Below, in pieces: positions 23,366-35,587 of a stretch of DNA of 64,000 nt (positions are counted from its first letter, which is position 1; each line of letters begins with the position of its first letter). The DNA is taken from the NCBI RefSeq assembly GCF_006345805.1, contig NC_043012.1, forward strand, positions 53,754,001 through 53,818,000, in the 5' to 3' direction. The notes under the pieces were generated by a model, which was not told where the DNA came from, did not search any database, and saw only the letters and a list, made by a program, of their open reading frames with translations. Both the position numbers and the translations under genes were made by a program. This DNA is from Octopus sinensis. Lineage: Eukaryota.

Positions 23366-23584
23366 TTGGTCGATCCCAGGCGTACTCATCCGCGTTGAAA
23401 TTTCTTCCTTCACAATAGTTTAGATATTCAAAAATCCTTTAGGACATGTGTGTGTGAGTTTTTGTGCGCATGTATGTTCATGTGTATGTGTACATGTGTG
23501 CGTGTGTATGTGTGTGAGCACGTGTGTGCGTGTGTCCGTGTGAGCGCGCGTGTGTGTACGTGTGCTTGTGTATAAATATATTCT

Positions 23585-23992
23585 TTTATTTTTTTCTTGT
23601 TTCAGTTTTTTGTCTGTGGCCATGCTGGAACACACAGCTTTTTAGTGGAAGAAATCGATCACAGGACTTATTGTTTGGAAGCCTGGTACTTATTCTATCG
23701 GCTTCTTTTGCTGGACCGCTAGGTTACGTGGATATAAAGACACCAACATCGGTTGTCAAGCGATGGTGCGGGGCACAAACACAAGCAGACACACACATAC
23801 ATACACACACACACACGCACACACATCTATATATACGATGATTTTCTTTAAGTTTTCGTGAATTAAATCCTCTCACAAGGTTTTGGTTGACCCCAGGCTA
23901 TAGTAGAAGACATTTGCATAATGTTCCGCGCTGTGGGGCTGAACCCGGAACCATGCGGTCGGAAAACAATCTTCTTACCACACAGCCATGCC
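23585..23992 (-). mobile_element. SINE family A, diverged
   Basis: Reverse complement of head (CTTACCACACAGCC) and tail (GGCCATGCTGG). Confidence 0.85.
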
Positions 23993-24174
23993 TATATTCT
24001 GTCATCTACATATATGCCACTCCTCATTCACATTAAGCCTCGGTGAACTTATCTACGTTGAAACTTCTTCCTTCACAATAGTTTGATACCTTTTGAACAT
24101 ACTTTGGGATATATATGTGCATGTGTGCGTCTGTGTGTTTGTGCTTGTATATACATACAATATTTTAATCTTTT

Positions 24175-24364
24175 ATTCTTTAACTTTTTTCAGTTTTTTT
24201 TTACTGCGGCCATGCTGAAGCATCGGCTTTTGGTCGAAAATGATCGACCACAGTGAGTCTGGTACTTATTCTATCGGACTCTTTTGGCTACCCGCTAGGT
24301 TACGAGGATGTAAAGACACCAACATCTGGTGTCAAGCGATGGTGGGCGGGGACAAACGCAGACA

Positions 24365-24408
<44 letters not shown>

Positions 24409-24431
24409 CACATACACACACACACGCACAC

Positions 24432-24475
<44 letters not shown>

Positions 24476-24630
24476 ACGAAGGGTTTTTTCACTTTCCGTC
24501 TATCAAATCCATTCACAAGACTCTGGTCGACCCGAAGCTATAATAGAAGACACTTGCCCAAGGTGCCACACAGTGGAACTGAATCCGGAACCATGTGGTT
24601 GGGAAGTAAGCTTCTTACCACACAGCCACG
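24175..24630 (-). mobile_element. SINE family A with expanded internal (CA)n/(TA)n
   Basis: Both halves recognisable in reverse complement. Confidence 0.88.
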
Positions 24631-25642
24631 AAACATCTAGATGATAGGAAGTAGTATACAACGGGAGATAGTATGCAATCTATTGCATAACGCATATCTC
24701 CTTAATTATTTTAATATTTTAGTTAATTAACTCGCTGGCAGCATATTTATTGACTAGTGCCTTGAGGAGCAATGTGTAGGAACAAATCGTATATAAAAGC
24801 CTATATACAATTTATAAGCTTTTTATGGAGCTGCATTCATTATTCAGCAGGTATTGACTTCTAATCTATTTCACTGCGCGATTACTTGGAATTATAGGAA
24901 TGCTTTGGGTGTGGAAGTAACTGATTCTGTTGGCATGGATGTAGTTCTTCTCATTCCTAAATCGAGTCCTTCGTCACGCATGAATGGTAAACCAACATAC
25001 CGCCTATTTATGAATATTGTAAGTTAAAACCCATTAGCGAATGTAAAGTTAACTCTCTTTCCTTCAAATCTCTCTAGAGATGGAAAGATTCGAAGCCAGT
25101 ATTTCTCAATTATGCTCCATTGTTGGCAATCTCTAGTGTTTACATAATACGTTTGCTGTCCGGTGAATTGCATCGTTAACGTCGCTTGTTTATAAAATAA
25201 ACACTATCGTTATGAAAGACTACTCTCTACCAATGCAAGACCGCAGATTTTCGAGAGAGAAGGCATAGTCGATCAAATCGATCGACAATATTTCATTGAT
25301 AATTTGGTCAACCTGGGAGAGTAAAAATAAAAGCAGAGACTAGATCCAGATAGTATTTGACTGGAACCATTACGGGATAAATCTAAACACTTTAAAGTCC
25401 AGCATTCTGCCAATTCTGCGATGCATTACCAAAATATTTGTTTCTCATTTAGCCACAAAGCCAGTAAATTTACAGAGCAGTGGATTTCTCGATGCCATTG
25501 AGCCCAGTTATTGACTATTACTTTATATTATCACCACCAAATGTTTGAACGGTTATGTTGGTGTCGACGGGATTTGAACTCAGAGCGTAAATTGCCGGAA
25601 CAAATGCTGCAAAGTATTTTCTCCTGATGCTCTAACGATTCT

Positions 25643-26058
25643 TATTTCATTATTGCCCACAACGGGCTAAACATAGAGGAGACAAATAAGGACAAACAAA
25701 GGGATTAAGTCGATTACATCGACCCAGTGCGTAACTGGTACTTAATTTATCGACCCCGAAAGGATGAAAGGCAAAGTCGACCTCGGCGGAATATGAACTC
25801 AGAACGTAGTGGCAGACGAAATACCTATTTCTTTACTACCCACAAGGGGCTAAACACAGAGAGGACAAACAAGGACAGACAGACGGAATAAGTCGATTAT
25901 ATCGACCCAGTGCGTAAATGGTACTTATTTAATCGACCCCGAAAGGATGAAAGGCAAAGTCGACCTCGGCGGAATTTGAACTCAGAACGTAACGGCAGGC
26001 GAAATACCGCTAAGCATTTCGCCAGGCGTGCTAACGTTTCTGCCATCTCATCGCCTTT
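25643..26058 (-). mobile_element. SINE family B2 dimer inserted into an older family B SINE
   Basis: TSD ATGCTCTAACGATT at 25627-25640 and 26059-26072. The host SINE body lies at about 25500-25640. Confidence 0.92.
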
Positions 26059-27118
26059 ATGCTCTAACGATTTTGTCAGCTTATACCGTTCGTAATTAAA
26101 GATATCTTTTCATTTAAAAAATGCCTCAAATTTTGTCGGTAAGTGTAATATAATTAGTCGAATTGACTTCAACAATAAGCGACCACTTTTTATATTACTG
26201 GCCCTAGAGTTATTCAAGCCAAAATATATCACAGATTTTGAAGTCATAACGTTGGGAGCTGACAGTATAGAATTCTTGCCACTCCACAACTGAGTCATGT
26301 TCAAATAAAGGAAAGAAACAATTGCAATGCACACGGCCATGATTTTATGTGGGCGGTGCCTAATCGATTATTTTAATTAATATTTAGTTTATTGACCGCG
26401 GGAAAATATGTTAAAGTAATGTGCAAATGGGAGAGTATCACATACGTAGCTACGAGTCGAATTTATTATTTAAATCAGATGTTCTTATGCGCTTATAGGA
26501 TAAAACCCCTTCTGAGAGTTGTTTATTTTCTAAAACTCTATAAGAACATGAGAAAATGTCTATAATACTGGCAGATCGATATAGCTGGAAAACGAAATCG
26601 ATACGGATAAAATCTGCTTTATTGGATTGGTTTTGACAATTGGCCAGTTTGACTTGCTGTCCCTAAAGCACACACATGCAGACGCATACACGTACACACA
26701 TATATATACATGCACACATATGTATTTATGGATGTATGCATGTATGTATATATGTGTGTATGTATTTAGGTTGTTAGGTAGGTATGTATTAATATAATTT
26801 TTGTTTTAGACCGTAGAAGTTACAAAGTAACTCAACGACCGAAAGTGTTTGTACACATTTATTGAGTGTATTGAGTTCTCCTTATCCTGTTCTACTAAAG
26901 CTATATGTGTTCATGTATGAATGTATTTACACGTGTGTAGGTGGGGTAGATGTGTGTGTGTGAGAGAGAATTTCGGGTTTTGGGGTTAAAACATGTTTGT
27001 CCAATATTTATCTTGTAATTTTGTACAACTGATAAGCAAATGATTCGCAAAACTAGTTTGGGATATGAATAAAACTTTTACAAAATTAAAAAAATAACGG
27101 AATTTTTTAATTTTCCTA

Positions 27119-27510
27119 CAGGCGAGTGGCTGTGTGGTAAGTAGCTTGCTTACGAACCACATGGTTCCGGGTTCAGTCCTTGCTGCGTGGCATCTTGGGC
27201 AAGTGTCTTCTAGTATAGCCTCGGGCCGACCAAAGCCTTGTGAGTGGATTTGGTAGACGGAAACTGAAAGAAGCCCGTCGCATATATGTATATGTATATA
27301 TACATGTGTGTGTATGTGTTTGTGTGTCTATGTTTGTCCCCCCCCAACATCGCTTGACAACCGATGCTGGTGTGTTTGCGTCCCCGTAACTTAGCGGTTC
27401 GGCAAAATAGACCAGCAGAATAAGTACTAGGCTTACAATGAATAAGTCCTGGGGTCGATTTGCTCGACTAAAGGCGGTGCTCCAGCATGGCCACAGTCAG
27501 ATGACTGAAA

Positions 27511-27514
<4 letters not shown>
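27119..27514 (+). mobile_element. SINE family A, full length, young
   Basis: Near-consensus head, centre and tail; ends in (GT)n. Confidence 0.95.
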
Positions 27515-27554
<40 letters not shown>

Positions 27555-29263
27555 TGTGTGTGTGTGCATTTATATATATATGTATGTATGATCTATGTAC
27601 GCATACACAAACTAGAAAAATGTTAACCTATGAGAAGTAATAGGAATTAATATGTTACGTTTAACGAGGGCGTCGAGCTGGCAAAATCGTTAGCACGCCG
27701 GGCAACACGCATTTCGCTCAGGTGACCGATCTGAGTTCAAATTCTGCCGATGTCGCCTTTCGTCTTTTGGAGTGGATAAAATAATTACCATTTGAGCCCT
27801 GCACTGAGGTCGATATTATTGACTAATCTCCCTTCCCCGAAATTGTGTCCCTTTAACGATTCCAGTTCTAACATCATCGTAGTTAATTTTGCCTTTTACC
27901 TTTCCACCGTAATTGCAGTAATGCACTACACAAAATTACTGTGGTTGATACAATTAACTTCGCTTCTCCCCTATGGCGCCTGAAGTCTTGTGTCTGTATC
28001 ACTGTTCAATATTTTGTGTGTAAAGCTTTGAATTTGAAACCATTTTTTTTCATTTTATTGTTATAACTTCATATTCAACACGTTCCTAAAGACTATGAAT
28101 AGAAATCTCTTAGGAGTCGACTAAGCTGCTATGTTTAGCAAGTAGATAAAGTTCGTAAAGGCATCCTAGTTTACTTATATAAAAAAACCAGCCTTCCTAC
28201 AGTGTGCGATCTTGTGTCTATCACATTCTGGGTGCTGCAACGATTAACCCCGTCCTCCAAAACCTGTTAATGTTATTTGGAAAGGCATACAAGTTTCACC
28301 TTCTTATACTGTTCTTAAATTCTTGGATATTCATGTCTCGACAAATAGATGTACTTGTCGCCAACGAAAGATTCGAAAAGATGGCTGCCGACACAGAAAT
28401 GTACCAGATTAAATGAATTACATTTAGATTCAGAGGTCAATGTAAGTAGGTAACATATTAAAGCATTTTACTTCAGATGCAGGCATGGGAACCATTGTTT
28501 CCTACTAAATCGGTGATGTTGAATTCAGATCTGATAGCCAAATTTCCCTGTCACATACAGATTTTGAATAACCAAACACGCCCTTTTCCTTTCTTAGTTT
28601 TGGCTCCTATTACATAAGCTGACTATGTTACTTTTCCTTGCTACGTTTTATGTTAGTCATACTTAAATGCTAACGGAATTGTCTTACATATTCCGTTTTG
28701 AGAACATAGCAAAGTTTCGCAGGCGAATTTGTCACCCACTGCACTTCATCATCCGCCCCTAAGCAAAAGAATGTTACATTTTATCAATATTCGTTCGTGA
28801 AAGAAGGCTATGGCTGGTTTCCGTTCCCAAGAAAAATTTTTGCAGCTTCAAAATAATATACCTATGTCCTAAGTTCAGTCACATTCAGGTTCGCAGAGAA
28901 TGAAAAGTTAGAGATGATGCAAGAGATTTGTGACCCAGTAAAAACTCTAGCTTTTAACTTGACCCCAATCGATATCCTGTACAATGATGCTTTTGCAGCT
29001 ACACGTATAAATAGTCTAGGCAGCATCCAGTGAAAGGCATCCTGGCTGAATGATATAGAATCACTCAAAGATACGTTCCAACCACAGTAACACAGGCTTG
29101 CTGTCTACACTTCCTGCCCTTTCTACCGCCACTACAATGGCCTCTCCTTCTTGATGCTGCCTGATAGCGTACAACTTCCACGCAAGTATACTCAGCTGAC
29201 TCTAAATCCTCCACTCTTCATCCATGATGGGCGCAAACTTCCAGTCCCATGTTAACAACTCAC

Positions 29264-29335
29264 CCTAACCCAAACAGCGAATTCCAATCTTTCTTCTACA
29301 GAATTTTGTCTCTCTGTATTCAACTTCCTGCTCAT
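29264..29335 (-). CDS. Candidate first coding segment MSRKLNTERQNSVEERLEFAVWVR in exon 29423-29264
   Basis: Very strong acceptor TTGTGTCTTTTGTTTCTTTTGCGTTACAG at 29424, AAATATGA start context at 29335, GG/GTGAGT donor at 29263 (phase 0). No homology recognised. Confidence 0.45.
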
Positions 29336-29940
29336 ATTTTATCCTGCAAATGCAAGTTTACATTATTCAACTTTCGGAGGGTCACCAAAAGCATTGGGCA
29401 CTGTTCCTTCCTCTGGACTAAGCCTGTAACGCAAAAGAAACAAAAGACACAATTATAACAAATAACATCTCCAATGTTATGATGGAAACAAATACCAATA
29501 ATAAATAATAAAACTTCACCCATCGACAACAGTTAATCAATAACTAGACAACAACATTTATAGAAAACGAAATATATCCTCGGGGTCCTTGTTGCGAATT
29601 ATGATTGATTACAAGCCAGAGTTTGATTCCGTAATACGAAATTCCTCCTTAAGTGATTAATTAGACTCTCAGCTCTGCGAAACTATCCGATTTTATTTGA
29701 TGTTTTACTTGAAAAATTATTTGATGTAATGTATGGACAATTCCCAAGCCACAAATTGGGTTTTCAGTAAATAGATTGCTTGTGGCAACAGGAACTTGCA
29801 CCATATTGTAGACAACCTCTTCAGTAATAAATCACAGGGCAGTGCAAAGTCTAAATTGTGACCTAAAATTTCAAAGCTCTAAAGAAAATAAAACACACAC
29901 AGACACATACACGCACACTGACACGGACACACACCCAAAC

Positions 29941-29983
<43 letters not shown>

Positions 29984-30079
29984 TTCATGTGCTTGTGAAT
30001 ATACATACACACATTCATATATAATAGAAATATTAAAATTACTAAGTCTCTCTAAAGGAGATTACGGCAGCGTTACTGG

Positions 30080-30437
30080 GTATTAATAGTTATCGTCATA
30101 CTAATATGGCAGTCTATAAATAAGACTAAAGCTGTCGCTGATTAGCTCCAAGAGACCATCGCCTCTAGCTAGCTAGTTGACACACGAACCAGGTCCATTA
30201 CAACCTTCGAACAGGGGAGGTCAGCCGCTTCACCTTGCTAGTCAGACATCTGCAGACATGTTTCAGGGTTGTTGCCCTTTATCAATGCAGCGTAGCCAGA
30301 CCTGTTCGAAGGTTGTAATGGACGCAGGTTCGTGTGTCAAATAGCTAGCTAGAGGCGATGGCCTCTTGGAGCTAATCAGCGACAGCTTTAGTCTTATTTA
30401 AAGACTGCCATATTAGTATGGCGATAAATATTAATAC
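30080..30437. mobile_element. Penelope-like inverted LTR: 136-bp arms (30080-30215 and 30301-30437) around an 85-bp spacer
   Basis: Arms more than 90% complementary by eye; spacer holds a hammerhead; flanked by (TA)n. Confidence 0.85.
30250..30290 (-). ncRNA. Minimal type I hammerhead ribozyme with U3:A8 core variant
   Basis: Minus strand reads CTGCA-TTGATAA-AGGG CAACAA CCCT-GAAAC-AT-GTC/TGCAG: 5-bp stem I, 4-bp stem II, palindromic ACATGT stem III. Confidence 0.72.
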
Positions 30438-30438
30438 A

Positions 30439-30495
<57 letters not shown>

Positions 30496-30561
30496 ATATT
30501 AGGGAGTAAATCCAAATTTACAGGGAAAAATTAGATTTAGGATCTAATTTCACAGCATAAT

Positions 30562-30832
30562 TATAAATTAAATTAGAGATAAAACCACTATTAGGCAAAT
30601 CAAGCAGTGAAAAACATAAACCAAAACATAAAAATAAAAATAATTAATATAATTACAGAATATATAAAATTTAAAATTTAAATAATTAAATATATTTAAA
30701 TAATTTAAATTTTAAATTTTATATTTTATATATTCTGTAAATTATATTAATTATTTTTATTTTTATGTTTTGGTTTATGTTTTTCACTGCTTGATTTGCC
30801 TAATAGTGGTTTTATCTCTAATTTAATTTATA
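30562..30832. repeat. Near-perfect palindrome of about 270 bp with no spacer
   Basis: TATAAATTAAATTAGAGATAAAACCACTATTAGGCAAATCAAGCAGTGAAAAAC... mirrored about a centre near 30692, with two small indels. Confidence 0.92.
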
Positions 30833-31479
30833 TATATATATGCAGATATATTGATGCGCACACACATGTATATATATATTTTTTAGCGTTTGCTTTTATG
30901 TTGTTATATAAATAATTTAACGTTTAACTGAAGAATTACCCACGTACACTTTAATACAGATTTATTAACTTTCAAAAAGGGAAGGGTGAGAGCAACTTGA
31001 AAGTTTCTGTCGTCTTGCCTTCATCAGTATGATGAAAATCAGTCAAAGACACCGTGATTCCTTTACTTGAGACACGTGTGACGGAGAGTCGCTGAACAGG
31101 TCACAGGTGTGTGACAAAAGATTTCCAGGCAATGGACTTAAAATAAGAACAATTACAAGCATGCTGTGAGCTTATATATTTTCAGTGATTGAACTGCAAC
31201 TATGTTTAGGTGCTGTCTTGGAGGTGTTCAGTTGATCAAATTTACCCCAGTAAATATTTCACTCATCTGACGGATTTCTATATGTAGCACACCACATAAT
31301 AACTTATAGAATATACGTAGAAGTCACAACATTAACTATTACACAGGCTTTCGAAATGGATGTAATTACAAACATGGGGATAAGTCCCGTTGTCGCAAAG
31401 TCATGCGCGCATACAGGTATACAAAAATTTGCATCCATACACACCCACATGTGTATTATGTATTATATATTATGGATTA

Positions 31480-31757
31480 GCGAGTTGGCTTCTCGGACCG
31501 GGCTGTGTGTTGCGTTCTTGAGCAATACACTTTATTTCACGTTGCTCAAGTTAACTCAGTTGTAGAAATGAGTTGCGATGTCACAGGTGCCAAGCTGTAT
31601 CAGCTTTTGCCTTTCTCTTGGATGAGATCGGTGGCGTGGAGAGGGGAGATTGGTACGCATGGGCAACTGCTGGTCTTTCATAAACAACTTTTCCCGGACA
31701 GAGGGTAACTTTCTAGGTGCAATCCTAGGGTCATTCATGACCAAAGTGGTTCTTTAC
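31480..31757 (+). mobile_element. CORE-domain-like SINE
   Basis: TTGAGCAATACACTTTATTTCACGTTGCTCAAGTTAACTCAGTTGTAGAAATG resembles the CORE-SINE domain. An older copy lies at 39841-39990. Confidence 0.6.
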
Positions 31758-31898
31758 CCTTTATAGATATTATATATGTATACATGCACATAGATAGATA
31801 GATAGATAGATAGATAGATGACTGTGTGTGTGCCCGAGCGTGCATTTGTGTACATTGGGTCTCTGTACATCTATTATTTTCATCAAACTCCACTCATA

Positions 31899-32115
31899 TG
31901 ACGGGGTGCTGAAAAGTTCCTAGATTTGTGTAAAAGAAAATGCGAAAAGGATCAGTTAATTTATGACTTTATTCAATATTTCCACCTCAGATTTACACAC
32001 TTATTGCAGTGGTCTTTCAGTTTTTCTAAGCCCTGTAAAAGAACTCGGAAAGTTGGGCCTCCATTAGGCCCCTTCACGATACCATTAAATCCAGGAGCTT
32101 TTCCTCACCCCTTGT
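31899..32115 (-). mobile_element. Mariner remnant (TIR plus transposase C-terminus)
   Basis: TA-TGACGGGGTGCTGAAAAGTTCC TIR; minus strand encodes, with a frameshift, GLEKLKDHCNKCVNLR, the typical mariner end. Confidence 0.7.
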
Positions 32116-32379
32116 AAGTTGTTGGTCAACCTGAAGTCTTTTCCAAAAACACTTACGCAAATTCGGCTACAGGAAAACTTTTCAATCATACCCATATTTA
32201 GAGTTGACTACTTTCCAGAATTAACCATAAAATGTAGCCGGAACACAGAATATATTTATATAATTTAATATAATATATAACAGAACATAATATAATATAA
32301 TTTCATATATTTAATCTACTTTACTTATTGTGTTATGTGTGCGTGTATATGTTTGAAAGCATTTTCCAATATGTGTGTT

Positions 32380-32533
32380 TATATATATATATGAATATAT
32401 ATATATTCTAGTGCATATATCTACATCTATATTTATCCATGTATGTGTGTATATATGTGCGTGTGTGTGCGTTTGTATAATACAATTTAAACAGATATAT
32501 ATACATATATAATATATATATATATATTTAAAC

Positions 32534-32584
<51 letters not shown>

Positions 32585-32796
32585 AACATATATATACATA
32601 TATAATATACATAATATATATATATATTTAAACATATATATACATATATAATATACATAATATATATATATATATTTAAACATATATATACATATATAAT
32701 ATACATAATATATATATATAATATACATATATATATATATATATTTAAACATATATATACATATATAATATACATAATATATATATAATAATATAT

Positions 32797-32848
<52 letters not shown>

Positions 32849-32929
32849 TATATACACACATATATATATTGTATATATGTTCATATATCTATAAACATAT
32901 GTATATACACACACATATATAAACATATG

Positions 32930-32986
<57 letters not shown>

Positions 32987-33000
32987 CACATATACATACA
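32380..33000. repeat. (TA)-rich minisatellite with TTTAAACATATATATACATATATAATATACATAATAT units
   Basis: Direct reading; source of ORFs 32311..32859 and 32582..33007. Confidence 0.92.
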
Positions 33001-33520
33001 TACTCACATTAGATAGATAGATTGATAGACAGATAAGATAGACTCAGTGATTCAGTAGCATTGATTGGTTGAGTGGTGTCGATTAGTGGTGAGCTGAACC
33101 ACAGAAGAAGAAAAATTAAAGGTTAGCCGTCATCAAAGCTAGTCCGCAAAAGACTCGATCAAAGGGAAATAGAATAATCTCGTAAAGACACAAAGCCAAA
33201 GAATACAAGATTCCAATAGCGATGGAGATATTTAAATCGGATATTTTACGATAGTTCTAATTTCCGATTTCAGTTAATAGCAAACAGCCGGGCTTTAACT
33301 TTATTACCGCATTCATTCCCATGGCGTGTCATTTACGTTTCGTATTTCCTGGCACACATTTCACACAGTTCGGAAATAATATAATTGGGAAATAATCAGA
33401 AAATAATATAATAGTAATAACGTTACTTGTCTACGACAGAAGCATTGGGATTTCTTCATAATGTAATAATAACAATAATAATAATAGTAATAATAATAAT
33501 AATATAATAATAATAATAAT

Positions 33521-33805
33521 CGACAAGACATAATTATTAAAGGCAGGGAAGAAAAGATTTGTAGACTAATAGATATAAGTGTTCCCACTAATAAATATAT
33601 CTGTAAAGCAATTTGACAAATTAAGTAAATATAAGTACCTGAAAATTGAAATGCAAAAGATGTGATATCTTAAAGCAAGAACTGTTCTTCTTATTATAGG
33701 TGCCCTAGGTGTGATATATAAGGAAAAGCGATGTCAGAATTATCTCGCTAACATCCCAGGAGAACTATGTTTCAGAGAAATCCAAAAGATTGTGCTGACA
33801 ACCCT
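33521..33805 (+). pseudogene. R4/Dong-type REL endonuclease fragment following an (AAT)n tract
   Basis: RQDIIIKGREEKICRLIDISVP...DKLSKYKYLKIEMQKM*YLKARTVLLIIGALGV...IQKIVL, with frameshift and stop. Confidence 0.75.
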
Positions 33806-33869
33806 TAGAAAACCACTAACGATTTAAATATCTTCGTTGTATTACATGAAGAAATTTCGCTTCTGCCCC

Positions 33870-34180
33870 TGCTACTTCACCTCCACAAGCTTTCAATCAT
33901 GCTGTAACATCTCTTATCCTTTACTCGCCCTTGGACGCTGGGTGTGTCTCGGCAAGTGATTGTAACAAACCTGCAGATTAAAAGTAAGATAGAAGAAGAG
34001 TTTATCTCAAATCGGTAGCGCCCTATGGTAGCACTGCCAGGCCAAGAATACCTGGAAAATATCCATGATAGTTCCCGACCGAAAAGTCCTTTGGAACAAA
34101 CTAGCCAATTCGTTTTCATCAGCGCCCACAGTCTCCCTGAGAACGTCGTCGCGCTTTTCCGCCACTAATCCTCAATAGGA
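33870..34180 (-). mobile_element. Tx1/L1-clade LINE fragment, diverged
   Basis: Homologous to 50480-50730 (AGTCTCCCTGAGAACGTCGTCGC; GGTAGCACTGCCAGGC). Confidence 0.75.
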
Positions 34181-34277
34181 GCCTACTATCTCTAAATTAA
34201 AATATATTTCTTCATTGAGAATAATTTAAACCTCTGTTATGCCGGAATTTTTATTCCCCAAAAAATAATATTTAAAT

Positions 34278-34672
34278 GTGGCTGTGTGGTAAGTAGCTTG
34301 CTAAGCAACCACATGGTTCCGGGTTCAGTCCCACTGCGTGGCATCTTGGGCAAGTGTCTTCTGCTATAGCCCCGGGCCGACCAATGCCTTGTGAGTGGAT
34401 TTGGTAGACGGAAACTGAAAGAAGCCTGTCGTATATATGTATATATATATAAGTGTGTGTGTATATGTTTGTGTGTCTGTGTTTGTCACCCTAGCATTGC
34501 TTGACAACCGATGCTGGTGTGTTTACGTCCCCGTCACGTAGCGGTTCGGCAAAAGAGACCGATAGAATAAGTACTGGGCTTACAAAGAATAAGTCCCGGT
34601 GTCGATTTGCTCGACTAAAGGCGGTGCTCCAGCATGGCCGCAGTCAAATGACTGAAACAAGTAAAAGAGTAA
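34278..34672 (+). mobile_element. SINE family A, full length, young
   Basis: Near-consensus sequence. Confidence 0.95.
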
Positions 34673-34711
34673 AATATATATATATATATATATTTAAATG
34701 TATCTTTGTAG

Positions 34712-34757
<46 letters not shown>

Positions 34758-35551
34758 CTACAAAGATACATTTAAATATGAATGTTGATTGTATGCTTAC
34801 TAAGACTAACAGAATAAAAGACTTAATTATTGAATTAGGTGCTTAAATATAACTTCAGAATTCTGCCGAGAGTGTGATTTACTTAAATTCTTAATTGTGG
34901 AAACGTGTAACTGGCTTTACGCATAATTGTATTAACTAAAGGGACAAAATCAGTAGTTCAACTGGCAGGAATAACAAAATAAGTATGATAATTGTAGTGA
35001 ATGTGGCCAATATTTATTTTGGAAAGGTTTTGGGTTAACGAGGCGGGAAAGAGCCGCAGCGGTGGTGTTAGGGACTTGGCGGAAGGTTTTGTTTGGATAT
35101 TGCGGTTAGTGAGATCATGCGGTCAGCAATTGTTATCAATTTTGTATTAAGCTATTTATATACATATAATGTTATATACCTTGAGGTCAATGTTTTATTC
35201 ACGTTTTCGCATTGGCCAGGCCCAAAACACTCATACAACCACTGAAAGGAATACGAGCATATGCATACACACACATACACTCACACACGCACACTCACAC
35301 ACACACACACGCACACACACATATATATATATATATGCGCAAGCACTCCTTCAATATTCAATTTAAGAAACATTCAATAATTATACATCTTTAATATATA
35401 CAGACAGGCTTACACACACACACATATACACACTCATACACACACATTCATAATACACATAGATAGACAGAGAGATTCATAATAACAGACACTTATATAT
35501 GTACATACTTACACACGAATATATGGACACACACACACACATATGTACGTG

Positions 35552-35587
<36 letters not shown>

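Noticed and set aside
23170-23418. Recurrent ORF ...RPRKDERQSRPRRNLNSER... (also 25910..26095 and 48080..48289)
   Set aside because: Antisense translation of the SINE family B central domain.
28347-28441. Plus-strand exon candidate MYLSPTKDSKRWLPTQKCTRLNELHLDSEVN before GTAAGT
   Set aside because: Poor acceptor, no homology, and the next candidate acceptor would give a 36-nt intron.
30995-31035. Minus-strand CTGATGA...GAAAC hammerhead-like motif
   Set aside because: Stem II is mismatched, and stems I and III cannot be formed; at most a heavily decayed relic.
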